This document shows, one piece after another, positions 58,456 to 64,000 of a stretch of DNA of 64,000 bases (the stretch's first letter is position 1; every line of letters starts with the position of its first letter). The position numbers and the translations under genes are program-made. The notes under the pieces were generated by a model that saw only the letters and a list, made by a program, of their open reading frames with translations, had not been told where the DNA came from and did not search any database. Location: NCBI GenBank assembly GCA_002104905.1, contig MCFE01000107.1:105372-169371 (forward strand), written 5' to 3'. This DNA comes from Basidiobolus meristosporus CBS 931.73. Its lineage: Eukaryota; Fungi; Basidiobolomycota.

Positions 58456-60650
58456 TTAAACGGTGACCTTGAGCACGCTTAGCAGCCCTCCAACTAGATG
58501 TATACTGCCGGACGTCAAGATTTGCACCTTCTTTTCGTTGGACTTGGTGTACGCCTCTATCCAGCTCACCGAATCCGCAATGGATGGGAAAATATGGGTT
58601 TCGCACTGGGAGTCAGTGGACTCTTTCCAGAACTCTGCCAATGCTTTTTGTGGGGCCAAGGACTCGTCAAATTCGACCGTGAAGTTCCGGGAGTCCGCTG
58701 AAAAGTCTAGGTTAGTACGGCTATGGTGATCAGATCGATGGGTGCACGAACCATTCGAGGAGACTTGTGCGTATGGAAGGTTTGGGCAGAAGAGTATGTG
58801 GCTGAAGTTCATTGCGGGCTGCAGTTCGGCAAGGATCTTCAGTAGCTTGGTTCCATTGCGGCCCTTGGCTCCATTGAACAGCAGGAATCTCTCCACATCC
58901 TTCTCGGCCTCCTCTAACGCCGCTTCCTTGAACCATTCGGCGCAAACCTAGGGGAAATCGGGGGTTATGTCAGGCATCGAAGTCAATGGCCATACTTGTA
59001 GCCTACCTGCATACTCTCCATGGTATGTGCGCCATCTATAAACCAAGTAGCGTTGCGAATCTTATCCACTTGAAGCTTCTGCGCTCTCCCCGGCCAGGTG
59101 ACTTTCTTTAATCCAGCGATGAACGCTTCAGGAATTCTGCCCTCGGCGCCGTTTTCTAATATGTCAGGCCGCTTCTTTGACAGCCACGACTGACATAAAG
59201 ATATAGCTAATGAAGCGTTCTCCAATTGGTGCCTTCCGGCCAAACCTGTTACAGATGGTTCGGCAAAGGGTTAGATAAGTGCCACTTGCATATGTATGTA
59301 TGGGCCAGGAAGCGTTACCAAGCTTTGGAGGCGCATTCGTATAGAGGGAGTATGGCTTCACAATACTGCATACTGCCTGGAGTTGTCACCAAGGTTGGTA
59401 AAGAGATGATGGCTACCAAGTACTTTGGTCCCGACATACCTTTTTCTCGTCGGCTCTTGCTTTTATCACTTCCATTGCTTCTGGGACTTGTGGGACTGTG
59501 AACACTGGCGCGCCGCTCTAAGTTGTTGTCGTTGGGTAAGAGCAATGAAGGCAACCACCGTGGATATGGATTTACGAACCTTGATGATTCCAGACTTGTG
59601 CCAGGCAATTTCAGCTATAGTTGTACCGAGGACATTCTCATGATCAATACCCAACGCACTAATTCCACAAACAACCGGCTCTTCAATCACATTGGTCGAA
59701 TCGTACTCTCCACCAACACCAACTTCCATTAAAGCGACATCCACCTAGATATCCCGAAACTATAAGGAGGAATGGCTACGACAATGATTTGATCTTGATT
59801 ACCTTTTCTTGTGTAAATACGTGGAAGGCCAACAGCGTTAAATATCTAAAGTAAGTAGGGCGCAGTGGCTGATCCGAGGGAACGGAGTCCTAAAGTGTAT
59901 ATATGGTTAAGAGTGTTGCGAGTATCCTCATACATATTGCTTTTACCTTGGTAGCGTCTAGCTTATCCCAGCACTCATAGAAATATTTGGTAAACGCTTC
60001 CTTCTCCAACGGTTTGCCGTTGATTCGAATTCTCTCACGAACTTCTACCAGATGTGGAGAGGTAAACAGGCCTTACGAGCTTGATAAGTAAGCAATGTCG
60101 TGCAGCAGCGAAGAAAATCCACCATATACCTGTTTTAATAGGATGGGAGTTATCAGCGTTGCGCAGGATTGATTCGCTGATGGCACAGGTAGAGCCTTTT
60201 CCTTTAGTGCCGGTAACGTGAATGACATTGAGTTTATTGAATTCAGGAATCTGGGGAATATCCAGCAAAGTATTAGCAAAGAGGAAATACGGGGAGGCGC
60301 CAATTCAATTGATGAGTCAACTAGATAGCTTACTTTGTATCCAACACGTTCCATAAATACTCTCATTTCCGGTAGACTTTTAACATTCAGCAAACCTTGG
60401 GATTTTCGGACTGCCTCCAAAGAGGCGGCGTTGGTTTGCAAGGAATTCAAATCGCCTACAGCGTCCTGGAGCTTCGAATTAGGAGAAAAGCTTCTGGCTG
60501 TTGGAGTGGAGGGTAGCTTTTTACCTCATAGGTTCTTCTTGTCTGAGCCATAGTGGAATATGTGAAAAGGGACAAACTCCTATTTCGAATATTCGTGGTT
60601 AAAACACCTGAGACGCGAAGGTTCAACTGGGAGAGAGTTAAAGGAGACAT
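58456..60650 (-). CDS. MET7: Folylpolyglutamate synthase (FPGS), multi-exon, with putative mitochondrial presequence
   Basis: [26 protein letters not shown] (P-loop), [48 protein letters not shown]. Confidence 0.94.
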
Positions 60651-60938
60651 AACTGACAGGACTTTTTAGCTGAATCAACTTTGAAGATCTTTTACCAATG
60701 ATACTGCTCGCCAATTACATATAGTGTTGAGTAGTTTAAGCAATCAAATGGCACGTGGGTTTTCTTCAAGGATAAGGGTTATCAGTCCAACTGTTATCTA
60801 ATCAATGACACATTCCACTTATTCCACACACATTAGGATCGATTGTACAACGCCCGCATACATCTTCGCATATAGTTATATTCTACAGCTTTATTACAAC
60901 AGATATTAGTGGTAAGGTATAGAGGGGCAGTTGCCGAA

Positions 60939-62170
60939 TTACAGATGATCGCTGGCATTGTCTAGGACGATCATGACATTGTCCACTTCAGCCAAGTCCT
61001 CGAGGACAGGTATCAAGTCCAGGAGCTCCGTGTCGTGCGGATCATTGAACCAGGAGCTGATGGGAACGGCGTTGGTGGGGTGGAATAGGTAGCTAGCCGG
61101 CGAGTTGTCTATAATCATCACTTGGCGAATATCCCGGCCCAATTGCGACAGGTCCTACAACAACAACCATCAATGCATGCTCGGCAGACAGACTTGGCAA
61201 TCACCGACCTTGACATAGTTGCCACAGTGATTGTAGCATGACTCCCGGAAAAGGCGGTATTTCACCGATCGGTGGACATCCAAGAGATCCATAACGGGAT
61301 CCGCGTACTACAAAACCAATTTAGTTCACCCAACTCCTGCTCAAGAATATGACGTGCTCACCTTGGATAAGCTGGCCGTAAAGACCACAACCTCGAAGAT
61401 TTCGCCCACTCGCTTGAGGAATTCATCCACACCGGGCCGCTTCAAGACATAGACGTTATGAAGCTGCCCCTCGATATCTACCGGGACAATGATGTCCGCG
61501 TTTTCCACCACCTAATCCGCCGCGAGTTAGAGCTGGCTAGGAGTAGCACTTGGTGAATACGAACCTTGAAGGAGCTGTGAACCAACGTCTCATCCAGATC
61601 CAGCACTAGACACTTTTTCCCAGCATCCTCCTGAGCCAGTGGTGGCAACAAGGCTACGTTGTCAACCTGGAATCAAGTCGAGCGTTTAGCAATCCTGGTC
61701 TGACCAATAGGGCGTGTAGCAACCATTCACCTGCTCTGTGGAAGGGAGTTGTCGGAGAGAGGTAGCGGTTACGACTTTCTCATTAGCAAGCTGTCCATTC
61801 ACTGCCCCCGTCTCTTTGCTTACCGCATGAACAAGAATGTCTGGCTTCTGAGGTTTTGTTGCCTCCTTGACAGATTCTTTTGCCTTAGCTGGGGCTTTTC
61901 GAACACACTGAAATAACTTGGAAAAGAAGCCAAGACGAGGCTTGGGTGTCTTTGCTCCTGACTTACTGAAGAGAGAGAAAACCTGACGATTCCTGAATAG
62001 CTTGGGGAGTTTTTTGTCTGGAAGGCAATTAGCAAATCGAGGTTCTAGTAATCAAGTCTCCTCACTCGCGGGTTACCTCGTTCTTGGGCTGGCTTTAAGA
62101 TCTTCGGCTTGGGTAGGGCAGGCTGAGTTATCTGTGCGGGATTCACTTGGGTTATCAGAGTCTCCGTCAT
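60939..62170 (-). CDS. PSR1: FCP1/SCP-family (NIF) HAD phosphatase, Psr1/CTDSP-like (multi-exon)
   Basis: N-terminal MTETLITQV; [10 protein letters not shown]; [17 protein letters not shown] (DxDxT); KRPGVDEFL; VIIDNSP-type motif; [15 protein letters not shown]. Confidence 0.9.
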
Positions 62171-63349
62171 GTCGAGAACAACTACTCTCTTTGCCTCACA
62201 AAGCACCAAAATCGGTAAAGAGAAACTACTTTTGTGTCTTTACTTCAAAAAGGGTTTATCTTGCTGAGGTTCAGTAGAATGTGTTAGCGTCAAAGAAACG
62301 AACCCTTAGAATCTTACAAGGCTTACTGTTTATGAGGAATTTAGAAGCAGCGTGCGTTGTTAGGAATGATTAACCGCAGAGAGAAGTAGCAATAGCGAAA
62401 GCCGCGCTAGATAGTAGCCAGTGGATTAGGGGGTAAGCGTTAAATGACAAAGGGGATTCACCAAAATGCTACTTGTTGTGGATGAAGGCAATGCAGTTCT
62501 TAAACAGGACAAAATCCAGTTTCTCTGGTGCATTTACGCATACTCCAACCTATCCATAACCCTCATGCCTGACATCTGTGGATTAGAATGTATGAAGCCG
62601 AGGAAAAGGTGGGGCTAATCCCTTCTGATGTACACATTGTTGCAGAGCTTCTATTTTCACGCGAGATATGTTCATTTTCTAAAGACTTCTATTGCTTGAA
62701 CATCAACCAATCCAATTCCCCTTTGGGGATGCATTTCTAATAGCATGGCACCCTCGTTGTATAGTTGGTGCGTGTGTGACAATCATGCTGCACTCCCTGA
62801 ACTCCACACAGTATGTGTTAAGTTAAGATCTATCACTCTAGCAGATCGTGTTATCATTTGACCGCTAACGCCGTGATAAATAGCATTGCTGCTGGTTTGG
62901 ATATTTGTGTGATTAGTCTTTGGTACATTGGAGTGAGCATAGGGAAAACATTCACGATGAAACGATCTGGAGAAAAATAAATTTGTCATCAGAAGACAAC
63001 TCTGGTCCCAAGACTCTAAATAAAACTCTCACTTCTGGAACCTCCTGAAATGCTTCCAACTCTGTCCCGACGCATTAAAATAATTTGAATTATTACTGAG
63101 ATGTACATCATGAAAGAGAAAGAGTGAAGAGTGGACATTGCTTTGCTTCTGCTCTACTCACCGGTGCCACATTAGAAAACTCTAAATTTGCTATCAATCA
63201 ATTGATACAACTCATGAAGATATGATAGCAATACTCCTTAATAGCCCGACATATTAGTCTCAGTCCTTGTAGCAGCCCTAAAGTCTTGGACTGAGAATCT
63301 GGCTCCAAATCTGTACACACAAGCTAGTAAATCAAGCTACATTGTGGAG

Positions 63350-64000
63350 GATGAAAATACTATAACTTGCAATAATTATCACCAAAGGAGATACTTGAAG
63401 CCCTTTAGATGAGGAAACTGCGTTTTTTCAGTCACTGCAAAAGGAAAGAAAACTCATCAGAGTGATTCCTTAGAAACAAAGCAAATGCAAATCACAGTTT
63501 TGATGATTAAAATAGATACACCATGGTGTACTTTACGGAAAGAAAAGAAGGGGCGCTGCTCAGGCTTGGAGAACTCAAGTCATGACTGACAGAGAAACCA
63601 ATGAAAAGATCTAGCTTGAGTAAGGCTTGAACTATAATCTACAATCAAAAATTATTCAGTAATCTCTTAGTGGATTCCATTGCTACTACTGGGTACTTGA
63701 ATATAAGACCAATGACAGAATACATAGCATTTGACTCCATTCAAGGCATGACATGAATATACTCCAAATGCAAAACACATATGGATATATGATTTCATAA
63801 CATATGCCAAAAACCACATGAAAGGTTGTCAAATTTGACTAGAAATGTGAAAAATGCATATTCTTGGGTTACTACAAGGTGAGCAAATCTCAGGATGTTT
63901 TGTTTGATGAAAGCTCAAATCTTTGACAAAATACAACAGCAAACAATTACAAAAATCTGTTCCAAGTACACCTAGAGCTAGGATGAAGTCAGAGCAAGAT
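63350..64000 (+). mobile_element. Highly degenerate copia integrase remnant
   Basis: TTTGATGATTAAAATAGATACACCATGGTGTACTTT (FIDDYTRYTWVYF-like), GAAAGAAAAGAAGGGGCGCTG, ACTCCATTCAAGGCATG (TPFEAW-like), ACATATGCCAAAAA. Confidence 0.7.

Noticed and set aside
1-64000. tRNA/rRNA genes, CRISPR arrays or prokaryotic operons
   Set aside because: None seen. The only tRNA-complementary text is the retrotransposon PBS, and the repeats are TE-derived rather than repeat-spacer arrays.

Overview
Fungal genomic DNA: short GT-AG introns with CTAAC-type branch points, a Zn2Cys6 factor and AA11 LPMOs. The gene set suggests an early-diverging, Basidiobolus-like lineage, but that is unverified inference. The window alternates sharply between CpG-depleted transposon islands (~1-26.9 kb, 38.2-45.6 kb, 52.4-54.5 kb, 63.3-64 kb) and CpG-rich gene blocks. 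The islands are nested stacks of one Ty1/copia family. It has 349-bp LTRs, a 333-bp LTR subtype, a single gag-pol ORF and a Ty5/copia-type half-tRNA-iMet primer site whose ATG is in frame with gag. Also present are a second-family solo LTR, a 211-bp MITE and an unclassified repeat carrying a decayed ORF of roughly 400 codons. No copy here is fully autonomous. Host genes: an EH/coiled-coil/2xSH3 intersectin-like protein, a GDPD, a Zn2Cys6 transcription factor, PEX14, SEN34 (with a GC-AG intron), an inverted pair of AA11-CBM19 LPMO genes showing apparent gene conversion, CLF1, MET7/FPGS with two candidate starts, and a PSR1/CTDSP phosphatase. Best leads: repeat-restricted C-to-T hypermutation, the converted inverted LPMO pair, the half-tRNA-primed copia family and the unclassified repeat. 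All counts and alignments were done by hand.
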